From the NCBI GenBank assembly GCA_964016885.1, contig OZ024746.1, forward strand, positions 28,954,001 to 29,018,000: a stretch of DNA of 64,000 bases, in the 5' to 3' direction. The translations under genes and the position numbers were made by a program. The notes under the pieces were generated by a model. That model had not been told where the DNA came from. It was given only the letters and a program-made list of their open reading frames with translations, and made no database searches. This document shows positions 14,744 through 29,183 of this stretch, piece by piece. Position 1 is the first letter of the stretch; every line of letters starts with the position of its first letter. This DNA is from Eledone cirrhosa. Its lineage: Eukaryota.

Positions 14744-16938
14744 ACACATTGCCAACACCTTTCCTGTAGGATAAGACATATGTAATTGAAGGTGTATTGA
14801 TACCACCAATATATACCACACTCAGCAAAAGATAACAAAATTACTGAACTAAACAAAGGCTTACACAAGACGTTGGCGACATATTGTCTGTGTGACACTT
14901 TGTGTGTTAGGAAAATTTATTGTACGTTTATAGTTATACATGGAGGGGGGGGGGTTATTTTAAGATAAGCTGTTTTGTAACAGAAAAGGGTGGAAATTGA
15001 TTGTGTTGACCCTTCATATGAGTAATAAACTTTAAGAGTTATCGGTGACATCCTATAATGTAAATTTGATGTTGGGTATTATGTATATTTGTTTTGCACG
15101 GAGTGTTAGTGAGTTCGAATTGTGCAGATGGTTGCATCGGGGTCCCCAGAAGAACAAAATATATTATTTTCTACATTTTGCTTTCTTACATAAGTATTAT
15201 TGTTACTACACCAGGTTGGTGATTAATCGTGTATTCCGTATAAATAGAGAGTTATCCATACTTATTTGTAGCATTAAGGCACAGTGCACACATACACACA
15301 AATACGCACATACACATGTATATATATGATAACACACATGCGCAGACACACACACACACATATATATATATATGTGTGTGTGCGTGTGTGTGTGTGTGTG
15401 TGCGTGTGATTTCTCGCATCACATGCCCTCTGCCTATAATGCTACAAATAAGTATGGATAACTCTTTATTTATACGGAATACACAATTAGTTACACAATG
15501 AAGTTACCTTGGAATAGATTTATTCGTCTCTATATTTCGGATTTCACATCCATCGTCGGGGGTTCCGAAGGGAGATGTTATTGTGTATGCAACTTGGATA
15601 CAAACTGAGGTGTATGCCACTTGGATACAAACTGAGGCTTGATCATGTTTGGTTGGGCCACCTGGATGAGGGTGGCTATGTTATAAGCCCTGAAACAAAC
15701 AATAACTCCAGGATATAACACTGATAATGTGCCTAGGTTTGTACATCGCATACACATGTCATCTAGATGAAGGTATATGTTATAAGAACTGCACCTCACA
15801 GGTACTCTAGGTCACAACATAGTTAATGTTGTCCAAGATATAGAGGGTAAGCATAAGGTCTTCCCACACGGAAAATTAAAACTACTTCATGAAGAAGAGT
15901 ATTGTAAAATATGTTTTAAAAAACTTTAAACTTGAAATTTATAAATTAAAACAATGAAAAATTGAAATCTCAAATAGTATCCGAGATATGGTATTTTATA
16001 ATTAGGGAATGACTTTATGCTCACCCTGTATAATCTGTGGCTGTGTGAAAGACAAGTCTACAGCACACATGCCACGCTCATAATTATATAAAAAGACACA
16101 AAGAATAGAACGTTAGAGACTTCTGTTTATATATATAAAATATAGCCATGAATGTGTTGCTATATTTTCTTTACCAACAGCAGCGAGTTACATCAAGTAT
16201 TTTAGTGTAGATAGCGACATATATCAAGTGGACTGTTAATAGTTGTGAGAATAAGAAATAAGATGCGTTCGCATCAGTAGTGTCTTTGGTGAGTAATACT
16301 ATCATATATCAAATAGACTGGAAATGTTAGTAGCTCGCTTACATCCTCTCATATCTCAATGATATGACATTAAGATGGTTAATGTTAATGCCTGCTTGTT
16401 TATGTAGTATGGTAGCATGTGTTTATGTAGGGCTGTATAGGTGTGTGTGTGTGTGTGTGTCTATATGTGACTATGTGAGTGTAATTGTGTGTCTCTCTAT
16501 GTATATGTGTAGATGTGAATTAGTGAGTGCATGTCTCTGTCTGTGTGTATGTGTGTGTAGATGTGAGTATGTATGCACGAATTTGTATGTATATATCTGT
16601 GTAGGTGTGTTTGTGTGTGAGTGCGAGAGTCTGTCTGTGTGTAGATGTGAGAGTATGTGAGAGCGTGGGTCTGTTGGTGAATATATGTGTTAGTATATGT
16701 TCAAGCATGTTTGTATGTGAATGCACGAATATGTGTCTGTTCGCTTGTGTTGGACAGAGGGGGTGGAGAAATTGTTTGAGAGCGCAGAACAACAAGATAT
16801 ACGATAATAAAAATATATATAAATAAACTAATAAAAGTCCTGCTTTTGGAGACAATGTCAGCTGCACTGCAGTAGATATTCAACATTCAATGTGTTGAAT
16901 GATGGTTTTGTCTTAATTGCATTAGCAATAACTACTGG

Positions 16939-17017
<79 letters not shown>

Positions 17018-17119
17018 TATAGATATATAGTTAGTCAGCCATTTAGGAAGATTGCATTAGGCAGCCATTACAGTAAAACTCTCTCACCCTCTCTTTGCAT
17101 GTGTGCTATACATATATAT

Positions 17120-17208
<89 letters not shown>

Positions 17209-17419
17209 TACAATATATAGTATATATATAATATCATATCATATATATATATAATACACATATATACAATATATAGTATATATATATATAATATCATATC
17301 ATAAGTATATATATATATATACACGCACATACACTCAGCCACACACACGAGAACGAGTACTAGATTCCATGTCAGACTCCTGCTACTCTAGAGTTTCGTC
17401 TCTGTATTCACACACACAC

Positions 17420-17471
<52 letters not shown>

Positions 17472-18509
17472 GAGAAAATAACTATAAATACAGTCTATTG
17501 CTATAAATAGTAGCCTTTGAAAATCGTGTAAAATAAGCCTATACACAGGAAAAATTGGACAGCAGCCACCTCAGAGAATCGAGCTGTATACCTCCCAAAC
17601 TGAAACTGAGCACTCTGAACAATTGAAATAAACAATTCCTCTCTCTCTCTCTCTCTCTCTCTCTCGCTCTCTCGCTCTCTCATTCTCTCTCCCTCTCTTT
17701 CAACAGTTTATTTCTCCCCCTCTCTCTCTCCCTCTCTCTTTATACATTTTGTCTCTCCTCTCTCCATCTCTCTATTTTCTCTCTCTCCATCTCTCTATTT
17801 TCTCTTTCTGTCCCCTCTCTCTCTCTCTCTCTCTCGCTATCTCTCTCTCGCCCCTTCTCTCTATCTCCTCCTCTCTCTTTCTGCCTCTCTCTGACCCTCT
17901 CTCTCACCACCCCACCCCCCTCTCCCTCTTTCGACAGTTTATCTCTACTGTACCAAATGAAATATTTATTGGATTTATTATATTTAGTCAATTATTTCAG
18001 TGCAATATCAATAACATCCACGGGCGATGCTAGGACACACTCCAACGAGAGAACTCAATATAAATGAGGTTGACATCAATTTCTCTTCTCTTCCCCGACG
18101 GGGGGAATATTAAGCTGCAATGTATATTAAAGTTTTACGAAGCTAAGATATAAAACCATATAACATATGGAGCTGGGGCGTGTGGGGAATACGAACGTTG
18201 TTTGAATAGGAGATTCGGGGGTTGTTACTTCCCTTTATAACAGGAAATGCTAACTGGAGCGTGGACAATTTAATAGAATCGACGTTTTATCCGCTTTTAA
18301 ATATAGTTAATGATTGAGGCTTACATATTCACTCGGTTAGAAACACACCAACATTTATATATAGGTTTATATTTATATGTATATTTGATAAAACATATAC
18401 ATGCATATACATGCATATATATATATATATATATATATGCAAAAGGTGTGTGTCTGTGTGTGTGTATACATGCATACATATATGCATATTTATATATGTA
18501 AATACACAA

Positions 18510-18599
<90 letters not shown>

Positions 18600-18622
18600 T
18601 TGTCTATACCATACTAATTCAA

Positions 18623-18677
18623 ACTGCTTGAAGAGGTCACAGCCAAAGATGGCTGTCACTGAAATATATATAGCAGT
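18623..18677 (+). ncRNA. Type I hammerhead (family D), C3>U
   Basis: ACTGC-TTGAAGA-GGTCACAGCCA aaga TGGCTGTCACT-GAAA-TATATA-TA|GCAGT. The element (about 18598-18728) lies between (TA)n tracts. Confidence 0.75.
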
Positions 18678-18721
18678 AATAAACGAAGCTAAATTTTAAT
18701 CATTTGACTTTTATTTAACTT

Positions 18722-18763
<42 letters not shown>

Positions 18764-18766
<3 letters not shown>

Positions 18767-19975
18767 GGTGGCCCTTAGTAATAGGTAATTTTTCGAAAGT
18801 AAAAACTTTGTAGCCCTCCTCTCCAATCCTCTTTCAATCAACAAAATCAAAGGGTGTGCAAAATTTCAGCTCAATCGGACATAGTATACGCAACGATTAA
18901 TTCTGTTCAAAAGCGGTATACTGTTCCCTATCTCGACCATTTTCTTTTTTTCTTCTTATTTGGACACATCCAGACAACACTAGCAAATGCTTAAAAACAT
19001 TCTGAATCAAATTTACCAATAGTTAATTTGAAAGATTCCTGAAATAACATGAAAAACTTAAGAAATATTAGGTTTTCTATAATGTTGTAAATAATGCAAC
19101 AATAATTTCTATAGAATCAAAAACATAATGTGAACATCGAACACTGAATATTGAACATTATTTTTGCGGTGGATTGGCAGTATCGGTAGAGGTTCGGACG
19201 CCATGCTTTCCAGCATAGTTACGTCCCTTTACGATCTGAGTTCAAATCCCGCCGAGGTTGACTTTGCCTTTCATCCTTACGGGGTCGATAAAATAAAGTA
19301 CCAGTAATGCACTGGGTAATTGCTGGCCTTGTGCCTAAAGTAGAAACAATTATTTTTGCATAAGAGATGCGGTGGATTGGCAGTTTCAGTAGAGAGTCGG
19401 ACGCCATGCTTTCCAGCATAGTTACGTCCCTTTACGGTCTGAGTTCAAATCCCGTCGAGGTTAACTTTGCCTTTCATCCTTACGGGGTCGATAAAATAAA
19501 GTACCAGTAATGTACTGGGTAATTGCTGGCCTTGTGCCAAAAGTAGAAACAATTATTTGTGCATAAGAGAGGTTTTAGTGGTAGTTGGGTATGTTTTACG
19601 GTTTTCGGTAACGAAAAGTTTCATCTTCTGTGAGAATGTTATTGTATTCCTGAATGAGTTTAACACCTCTTTCTGCAATATCATTCACAACAACTGACTT
19701 CTCAAGTTTTTCAAGTCCACTTTTGTAACCAGGATCATCCGTCCATGCTGAAGGGTCTTTGTCGGGGAAATCGGGGCTGATAGAAAATCCCATGAAGAAA
19801 GTTTTTGTACCAGGAGTTACAAAAGACGAAAACTCGATGTTTGTAAAGGAAGAAAAGGCATTTTAGTGGAGAATATATCTCTTCAGTTGATTTTATCACC
19901 TTTGTCACCTTTAAGCATAACTTGAGCAATATTTGCCTTAACCGCTCCTTTCTCTCTTTGCCATTTTTTCTCATT
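18764..19975 (-). mobile_element. hAT-superfamily (hATm-like) DNA transposon relic, interrupted by SINEs
   Basis: Terminus TAGGGTGGCCC at 18764. The minus-strand peptide DPSAWTDDPGY...VVVNDIAERGVKLIQEYNNILTEDE (19596-19793) resembles a transposase C-terminus. Confidence 0.5.
19166..19556 (+). mobile_element. SINE family 1, head-to-tail pair (19166-19354, 19369-19556)
   Basis: Same A/B boxes and core as the 14336 copies. Confidence 0.88.
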
Positions 19976-20340
19976 GCTCTCCTAGCTCTCCTTTTCTTCT
20001 TCCTCTCCTCCCTCTCTTAGCTCTCCTTTTATCCTTCCTCTCATTGCTCTCCTTTTCTCATTGCTCTCCTTGCTCTCCTTTTCTCTTTGTTCTCCTTGCT
20101 CTCTTTGTTCTCCTTGCTCTCCGGTTCGCATTGCTCTCCTTGCTCTCCTTGTTCTCATTTTCTCTTTGCTCCCCTTGCTCTCCTTTTATCCTTGCTCTCC
20201 TTACTCATTTTCTCTTTCCTCTCCTTGCTCTCCCTTTCGCATAGCTCTCCTTTTTTCCTTGTTCTCCTTGCTCTCCTTTTTTCCTTCCTCTCCTTCCTCT
20301 ACTTGCTCTCCTTTTCTCCTTGCTCTCCCTTTCTCCTTGT
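19975..20340. repeat. Degenerate (TTGCTCTCC)n pyrimidine-rich repeat
   Basis: Seen directly. Confidence 0.8.
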
Positions 20341-20470
20341 ATACTTATTTATATACAAATACAATGAGAAAAGGGGTGCAACGAGAAATATGAGAGCATG
20401 GAGAGTATATATATATATATATATATATACATATCATAAATATATATGTATATTTATATATTTATATATA

Positions 20471-20614
<144 letters not shown>

Positions 20615-20667
20615 AGTATGTGTGTATACGTACATACATATATGTATACAGACGTACAGTAGCATGC

Positions 20668-20698
<31 letters not shown>

Positions 20699-20793
20699 TA
20701 CATACAGGTACACATACATATATGCACGTATCAGTTTAGCGGACGCTTATTATAACGCTGATACGTGCATATATGTATGTGTACCTGTATGTA

Positions 20794-20826
<33 letters not shown>

Positions 20827-20979
20827 GCATGCTACTGTACGTCTGTATACATATATGTATGTACGTATACACACATACTTACATTTAAGTGCCGTACTAA
20901 GAGTGAGAAATGAAATTTCGTTTTCATTTTATTTCAACTTATCGTTCTCGGTATGCCCGACCGACATAACTCACTCGAT

Positions 20980-20987
20980 ATGCAAAT
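20980..20987 (+). promoter_or_regulatory. Octamer ATGCAAAT, present in each family F monomer and in the 38.3-kb copy
   Basis: Exact POU octamer about 80 bp upstream of the HHR, followed by the palindrome GAAAGTATATACTTTC. Function is inferred. Confidence 0.45.
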
Positions 20988-21061
20988 TAGGCTGCTCAGC
21001 CGTTAATTTTCATAAGGAAAGTATATACTTTCGAACGTTCAACTATCTGGCAGATGGGTAT

Positions 21062-21104
21062 ACGGTGCTGATGATAGCTAACAAGCTTGAAACTAGTACA
21101 TCGT
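21062..21104 (+). ncRNA. Type I hammerhead, family F unit 1
   Basis: ACGGTG-CTGATGA-tAGCT aaca AGCTt-GAAA-CTAG-TA|CATCGT. 6-bp stem I, palindromic stem III (ACTAGT), GUA cleavage after 21098. Confidence 0.88.
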
Positions 21105-21261
21105 TCCTGTGTCAGTGTTGAACAAAAAGGTGACGTGGTTGCCTTAACACCGTATGGCATAACATTCAGGCTGTTCAGTTTGTTTACAAACGAACAAAGC
21201 GGCGTTATAATAAGCGTCCGCTAAACTGATACGTGCATATATGTATGTGTACCTGTATGTA

Positions 21262-21299
<38 letters not shown>

Positions 21300-21535
21300 T
21301 GCTACTGTACGTCTGTATACATATATGTATGTACGTATACACACATACTTACATTTAAGTAAGTGCTGTACTAAGAGTGAGAAATGAAATTTCGTTTTCA
21401 TTTTATTTCAACTTATCGTTCTCGGTATGCCTGACCGACATAACTCACTCGATATGCAAATTAGGCTGCTCAGCCGTTAATTTTCATAAGGAAAGTATAT
21501 ACTTTCGAACGTTCAACTATCTGGCAGATGGGTAT

Positions 21536-21578
21536 ACGGTGCTGATGATAGCTAACAAGCTTGAAACTAGTACATCGT
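21536..21578 (+). ncRNA. Type I hammerhead, family F unit 2
   Basis: Identical to 21062-21104. Confidence 0.88.
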
Positions 21579-21735
21579 TCCTGTGTCAGTGTTGAACAAA
21601 AAGGTGACGTGGTTGCCTTAACATCGTATGGCATAACATTCAGGCTGTTCAGTTTGTTTACAAACGAACAAAGCGGCGTTATAATAAGCGTCCGCTAAAC
21701 TGATACGTGCATATATGTATGTGTACCTGTATGTA

Positions 21736-21766
<31 letters not shown>

Positions 21767-22005
21767 GCATGCTACTGTACGTCTGTATACATATATGTAT
21801 GTACGTATACACACATACTTACATTTAAGTAAGTGCCGTACTAAGAGTGAGAAATGAAATTTCGTTTTCATTTTATTTCAACTTATCGTTCTCGGTATGC
21901 CTGACCGACATAACTCACTCGATATGCAAATTAGGCTGCTCAGCCGTTAATTTTCATAGGGAAAGTATATACTTTCGAACGTTCAACTATCTGGCAGATG
22001 GGTAT

Positions 22006-22048
22006 ACGGTGCTGATGATAGCTAACAAGCTTGAAACTAGTACATCGT
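22006..22048 (+). ncRNA. Type I hammerhead, family F unit 3
   Basis: Identical to 21062-21104. Confidence 0.88.
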
Positions 22049-22205
22049 TCCTGTGTCAGTGTTGAACAAAAAGGTGACGTGGTTGCCTTAACACCGTATG
22101 GCATAACATTCAGGCTGTTCAGTTTGTTTACAAACGAACAAAGCGGCGTTATTATAAGCGTCCGCTAAACTGATACGTGCATATATGTATGTGTACCTGT
22201 ATGTA

Positions 22206-22257
<52 letters not shown>

Positions 22258-22431
22258 TGCTACTGTACGTCTGTATACATATATGTATGTACGTATACAC
22301 ACATACTTACATTTAAGTAAGTGCCGTACTAAGAGTGAGAAATGAAATTTCGTTTTCATTTTATTTCAACTATATATATATATAAGTATATATAAATATA
22401 TAAATATACATATATATTTATGATATGTATG

Positions 22432-22469
<38 letters not shown>

Positions 22470-22538
22470 TGCATATCATAAATACATATGTATATTTATA
22501 TATTTATATATACTTATATATATATATTTATATATACT

Positions 22539-22574
<36 letters not shown>

Positions 22575-22600
22575 AATATATAAATATACATATATATTTA

Positions 22601-22670
<70 letters not shown>

Positions 22671-22698
22671 CATAAATATATATGTATATTTATATATT

Positions 22699-23287
<589 letters not shown>

Positions 23288-23367
23288 TATATATATACAT
23301 ATATATATTACTCAATACCGAGTACTCATTTCTCTCAGCTGTCAACCACATACTGATATATGTATAC

Positions 23368-23722
23368 TAGGGTGGCAAACGGTAATTTTCCGAAAGTTAT
23401 AATGTTGCTGCTCCCACAGCGAAAAATATGTGTTTGTCCTAAACCTGCGCTCTGTCCCCAGCTTTGCAAGTCACCTTCCTCATTATATGTATTGTCACTT
23501 ATCCTTCTAATACCAAGAATAAGTTTGAACAAGTTTTTAATTTAGGAGAAAATTATATAAGAGATAAAAATTTTCCGAGCGAAAACTTCAAAATAGATGA
23601 GATACGCCTTGCAGTTGTCCGCTTGAGCTAAAGTTTTGCATAGCTTGTTTTTTTCTCAATTGAAACAAGATAGGCGGGTGAGAGCTAAACTTTTAGAAAG
23701 TTGAAAAATAAGGAGCACCTTA
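23368..23722. mobile_element. Non-autonomous hATm-like element (MITE)
   Basis: Ends TAGGGTGGC.../...GCACCTTA. Subterminal sequence is similar to 18764-18885. Confidence 0.45.
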
Positions 23723-23735
23723 ATATACACGCATA

Positions 23736-23824
<89 letters not shown>

Positions 23825-23885
23825 GTGTGTGTGTATATTAGGGTGCCCCTTATTTTTCAACTTTATATACACGCATATATATATG

Positions 23886-23987
<102 letters not shown>

Positions 23988-24334
23988 TGCGTGTATGTTA
24001 GGGTGCCCCTTATTTTTCAACTTTCTAAAAGTTTACCTCTCACCCGCCTATCTTGTTTCAATTGAGAAAAAAACAAATGTTCACCGATTCTGTGTATATT
24101 GCTGATGTTTTATAAAATAAAATAAAGAGGATGTGTGTAGAAACAAACGATATAATGTAGGAGAAAAATTGTATGAAACAAAAGCACAATATATATCACA
24201 AAACAAAAGGAGAAACAAAAATGAAACAAAGAATCAGATAGGAACATCTAGAAATGATATAAGGAAATATAAATGTTTATATATATAAATATAAACATTT
24301 ATATATATATATATATATAAACATTTATATATAT

Positions 24335-24580
24335 TTCGTTTCTGAATTTGTTTAGCAGGATTCTTTATCTGAAATCGTGTGTTGAAACCGATATTGTTAT
24401 ACTTTGGGAGGGTCATGTTGCCAATAAGAAACACACGCACCAGTTGCTTTCACTTCAATTTATTATAATAAATTTATAAATTTAGGAATTTATAAATTTC
24501 TGGTTGGTTGGTTGGTTCCACAACCAGATAGTTGTTTATATATTGTCAAAGTTCTTTCGTCACACATTCTGTGACCTCTT
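24335..24580 (-). mobile_element. Family C Penelope-like remnant (other copies at 28562-28833, 37770-38055, 47524-47662)
   Basis: Shared GATATTGTTATACTTTGGGAGGGTCATGTTGCCAATAAG. The minus strand carries an HHR 3' part, AAGA-GGTCACA..TGTGAC-GAAA-GAAC-TT. Confidence 0.65.
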
Positions 24581-24618
24581 ATATATATATATATAAACAT
24601 TTATATATATATATAAAT

Positions 24619-24682
<64 letters not shown>

Positions 24683-24916
24683 AAACTAAAACCTTCAACA
24701 TAACAGGGGCGAAAGAGATTGGGATTCAGATTTGTATGTATAGAAAGATATAGGATTATAAAAGGAAGGAACGTTAAAATAGACAGATAAACCAACGAAG
24801 ACGTTGGTATGGAAACATATAGAAAATATAGAAGAACATATATATTTATATATATATATATATATATATATTAATTGAAAATATTAACAAAAATAGAACT
24901 TCTTGTGATCAAGTAT

Positions 24917-24981
24917 ATTTTATTATACATATTTCAGAGGTACTGAGCTAACTTCAACAGTACGTCCTCATCAGATAAAAT
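24917..24981 (-). ncRNA. Type I hammerhead (family A-like)
   Basis: Minus strand: ATTTTAT-CTGATGA-GGACGTACTG...CAGTACCTCT-GAAA-TATGTA-TA|ATAAAAT. Confidence 0.8.
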
Positions 24982-25597
24982 AAGATGATGCACATATTTG
25001 AATTAATATTAATAACTCCGGAAAACCAAAGCTGTTGAGTGCTTCCAATCTATTGTAAAACTCATTCTTTGATTTATTCATTGAACCTTGTTTAACCTTT
25101 AAATATATATATATATTTAACCTTTAAATATATATATATATTTGTGACCTGAAGAGGTCACAGCCAAAGATGGCTGTCACTGAAATATATATAGCAGTAA
25201 TAAACGAAGCTAAATTTTAATCATTTGACTTTTATTTAACTTTATTTTACACTATTCCGGGGTAACCAAACTGAGCTAACTTCAACAGTACGTCCTCATC
25301 AGATAAAATAAGATGATGCACATATTTGAATTAATATTAATAACTCCGGAAAACCAAAGCTGTTGAGTGCTTCCAATCTATTGTAAAACTCATTCTTTGA
25401 TTTATTCATTGAACCTTGTTTAACCTTTAAATATATATATATATTTAACCTTTAAATATATATATATATTTGTGACCTGAAGAGGTCACAGCCAAAGATG
25501 GCTGTCACTGAAATATATATAGCAGTAATAAACGAAGCTAAATTTTAATCATTTGACTTTTATTTAACTTTATTTTACACTATTCCGGGGTAACCAA
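24942..25597. repeat. 328-bp direct tandem duplication containing family D hammerhead cores
   Basis: 24942-25269 matches 25270-25597. CTGAAGA at 25149 and 25477 is followed by the family D stem II and GAAA-TATATA-TA|GCAGT. Confidence 0.9.
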
Positions 25598-25672
25598 ACC
25601 AACCTGCGCACTTCGTCGAGTGCTCCAGCCTGCATACTGAGGTGTTGGTATACAACCAACATAAACTCAAAA

Positions 25673-25709
<37 letters not shown>

Positions 25710-25713
<4 letters not shown>

Positions 25714-26100
25714 GTTTCTACTTTTGGCACAAGGCCAGCAATTATCCAGTACATTACTGGTACTTTATTTTATCGACCCCGTAAGGATGAAAGGCAAAGT
25801 TAACCTCGGCGGGATTTGAACTCAGACTGTAAAGGGACGTAACTATGCTAGAAAACATGGCGTCCAACCCTCTACCGATACTGCCAATCCACCGCCCTAT
25901 ATATATATATATAATTGTTTCTACTTTAGGCACAAGGCCAGCAATTATCGAGTTCATTACTGGTACTTTATTTTATCGACCCCGTAAGGATGAAAGGCAA
26001 AGTTAACCTCGGCGGGATTTGAACTCAGACTGTAAAGGGACGTAACTATGCTAGAAAGCATGGCGTCCAACCCTCTACCGATACTGCCAATCCACCGCCC
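25710..26100 (-). mobile_element. SINE family 1, head-to-tail pair (25710-25897, 25912-26100)
   Basis: Reverse complement of the 19166 SINE; the two copies are separated by (TA)n. Confidence 0.88.
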
Positions 26101-26200
26101 TATATATATGTATAATGAAATAATTAAATAAATAAATAAATAAAGAATGAATGAATGAAATAAAATAAAGAACAAAGAAAGAAGGAAAGGGAGAAAGGAA

Positions 26201-26231
<31 letters not shown>

Positions 26232-26619
26232 TGAAAGAAAGCAAGAAAGAAAGAAGCAGTGCAAGAGAGAGAGACAGAGAGAGAGAGAGAGAAAATATAT
26301 AAAGTTTTAGTAAATATAGAAGAAACATTATAACATAAAATATAAGAAGGACACAACAGAAGGGATAAATAAAAGTGTTAGGAAGACAAACAGCAGAGAA
26401 GTTTATAGGATGTTGATTAGAGAAATACATGAAACAGATGCGATCTTATGGAAGCAGGGACACACATGTGTAAAGGCTTCTTTCACCAACGTACATATAA
26501 TTAGGGAATTAAATGGATGCCATTTCAAGATAACACTAAACACTGGATGATTGATTGTTTAACGCCGTCTCATTATATAGCCAGGTCGTACTTCAATATG
26601 TCACATTTAGCTGGACTAA

Positions 26620-26628
26620 TACTACTAC

Positions 26629-26668
<40 letters not shown>

Positions 26669-26956
26669 CACTACCAGTTCTACCACTACTACTACTATGG
26701 CTAGTACCACTACTACTACTACCACTACAAATACTACCACTACTACCAACACTACCAGTACTACTACTACTACTACTACTACTATGGCTAGCACCACCAC
26801 TACTACTGCCACTACAAATACTACCACTACTACCAACACTACCAGTACTACTACTACTACTACCAGTTCTACCACTACTACTATGGCTAGCACCACCACT
26901 ACTACTACTACCACTACCACTACTACCACTACTACCACTACTACCAACACTACCAG

Positions 26957-27012
<56 letters not shown>

Positions 27013-27990
27013 TGGCTAGCACCACTGCTACTATCACTACTACCACCGCTACCAGTACTACTACTACTACTACTATGGCTAGCACCATTATTACTACCAC
27101 TACTACCACCACTGCTAATACTACCACTATAACTACGGCGAGCACCACTATTACTGCCACTAGCACCACTACTACCACCACTACCAGTACTACCACTACT
27201 ACTACGGCTAGCACCACTACTACCACCACTACCAGTACTACCACCACTACCAGTACTACCACTACTACTACCACTAGGACCACTACTACCACCACTACCA
27301 GTACTACCACCACTACCAGTACTATCACTACTACTACCACTAAGACCACTACTACCACCACTACCAGTACTACCACCACTACCAGTACTACCACTACTAC
27401 TACCACTAGGACCACTACTACCACCACTACCAGTACTACCACCACTACCAGTGCTACCACTACTACTACCACTAGGACCACTACTACCACCACTACCAGT
27501 ACTACCACCACTACCAGTACTATCACTACTACTACCACTAAGACCACTACTACCACCACTACCAGTACTACCACCACTACCAGTACTACCACTACTACTA
27601 CCACTAGGACCACTACTACCACCACTACCAGTACTACCACCACTACCAGTACTATCACTACTACTACCACTAAGACCACTACTACCACCACTACCAGTAC
27701 TACCACCACTACCAGTACTACCACTACTACTACCACTAGGACCACTACTACCACCACTACCAGTACTACCACCACTACCAGTACTACCACCACTACCAGT
27801 ACTACCACTACTACTACCACTAGGACCACTACTACCACCACTACCAGTACTACCACCACTACCAGTACTACCACTACTACTACCACTAGGACCACTACTA
27901 CCACCACTACCAGTACTACCACCACTACCAGTACTACCACCACTACCAGTACTACCACTACTACTACCACTAGGACCACTACTACCAGCG
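26620..27990. repeat. (ACT/ACC)n compound trinucleotide repeat with a 66-bp higher-order unit
   Basis: TAGGACC/TAAGACC markers spaced 66 bp apart (27275, 27341, ...). It gives the Thr-rich ORF 26517-28211. Confidence 0.9.
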
Positions 27991-28455
27991 TCAACACCAT
28001 CGTTACAACTATACAACCAATACTACTATCATCACTAGTACCAACACAAGTATCACCACCATCAGAACCACTACCACAGCAGGCCTCACCACCATCCTCA
28101 CCCCATCACCAATATCCCCACCACCACCACCACCACCATTACCATCATCATCATGACTATCGCCAACATCACCGCTACCACCACAAATACCATCATCACC
28201 GCCAATACTAGCACTATCACCACCAAACTAAACAGAGATTATCTCTTAATCTTCTGCCAGCCACACATCACTTTGGCCATGCTGGGGCACCATTATTATT
28301 GTGTTACACATTCTACAGCCTTCCTTCCTAGGTTGACCATTGATGTATGAAGGAGCTTGATATCCCTGCCCTCAAGTAGATTGTTCCCTTGGTCTGATTT
28401 GACGAGATCCACCCCCACTCGGTAAGCGATGAAGTGTGGGATTTTGTCGATCGAA

Positions 28456-28566
<111 letters not shown>

Positions 28567-29109
28567 TTGTTATACTTTGGGAAGGTCATGTTGCCAATAA
28601 GAAACACACGCACCAGTTGCTTTCACTCCAATTTATTATAAATTAAATTTATAAATTTAAGAATTTATAAATTTCCGGTTGGTTGGTTGGTTCCACAACC
28701 GGACGGTTGTTCATATATTGTCAAACAACTGGTGCGTGTGTTTCTTATTGGCAACATGACCCTCCCAAAGTGTAACAATATCGGTTTCAACACACGTTTT
28801 CAGATAAAGAATCTTGCAAATTCAGAAACGAAATATATATATATATATAATAAATGTAATCTGAGTTTTTCGAATATTAATAATAACATTCGATTCGTTT
28901 GCAATTTTGCAAACAAGCCTCAATTTTATAGCCATGTCAGTAGAATGAACACTTCATTCTTGCTCTTGTGTTGGCATTAATATTCGAAAAACTCAGATTA
29001 CATTTATTGTATTCAGCCATGTAGAGCGAAATTTTCTTTTTTATTTGATTTTGGCATAGCCGGCCATTTAAGGCTCGTATACAGGAAACTGACTGACCAG
29101 TCTGCTGAT

Positions 29110-29183
29110 ATGCAAATCTGACTGATCAGTGGATCTGCTAATATGCAGATCTGACTGATCAGCCAGTCTGCTAATATGCAAAT
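29110..29183 (+). promoter_or_regulatory. Three octamer motifs in 33-bp repeats (ATGCAAAT 29110, ATGCAGAT 29143, ATGCAAAT 29176)
   Basis: Seen directly, 80-150 bp upstream of the HHR. Function is inferred. Confidence 0.45.

Noticed and set aside
15520-15575. Minus-strand HHR-like CCGACGA-GGAT..ATCC-GAAA
   Set aside because: The core is mutated and there is no stem I or cleavage triplet; too degenerate to call.
20765-22300. Repeated 64-118-aa ORFs (MRNEISFSFYF...) in the array
   Set aside because: They recur only because the DNA unit is repeated. Starts are non-ATG or inside microsatellite, there is no recognisable domain, and they overlap the HHR.
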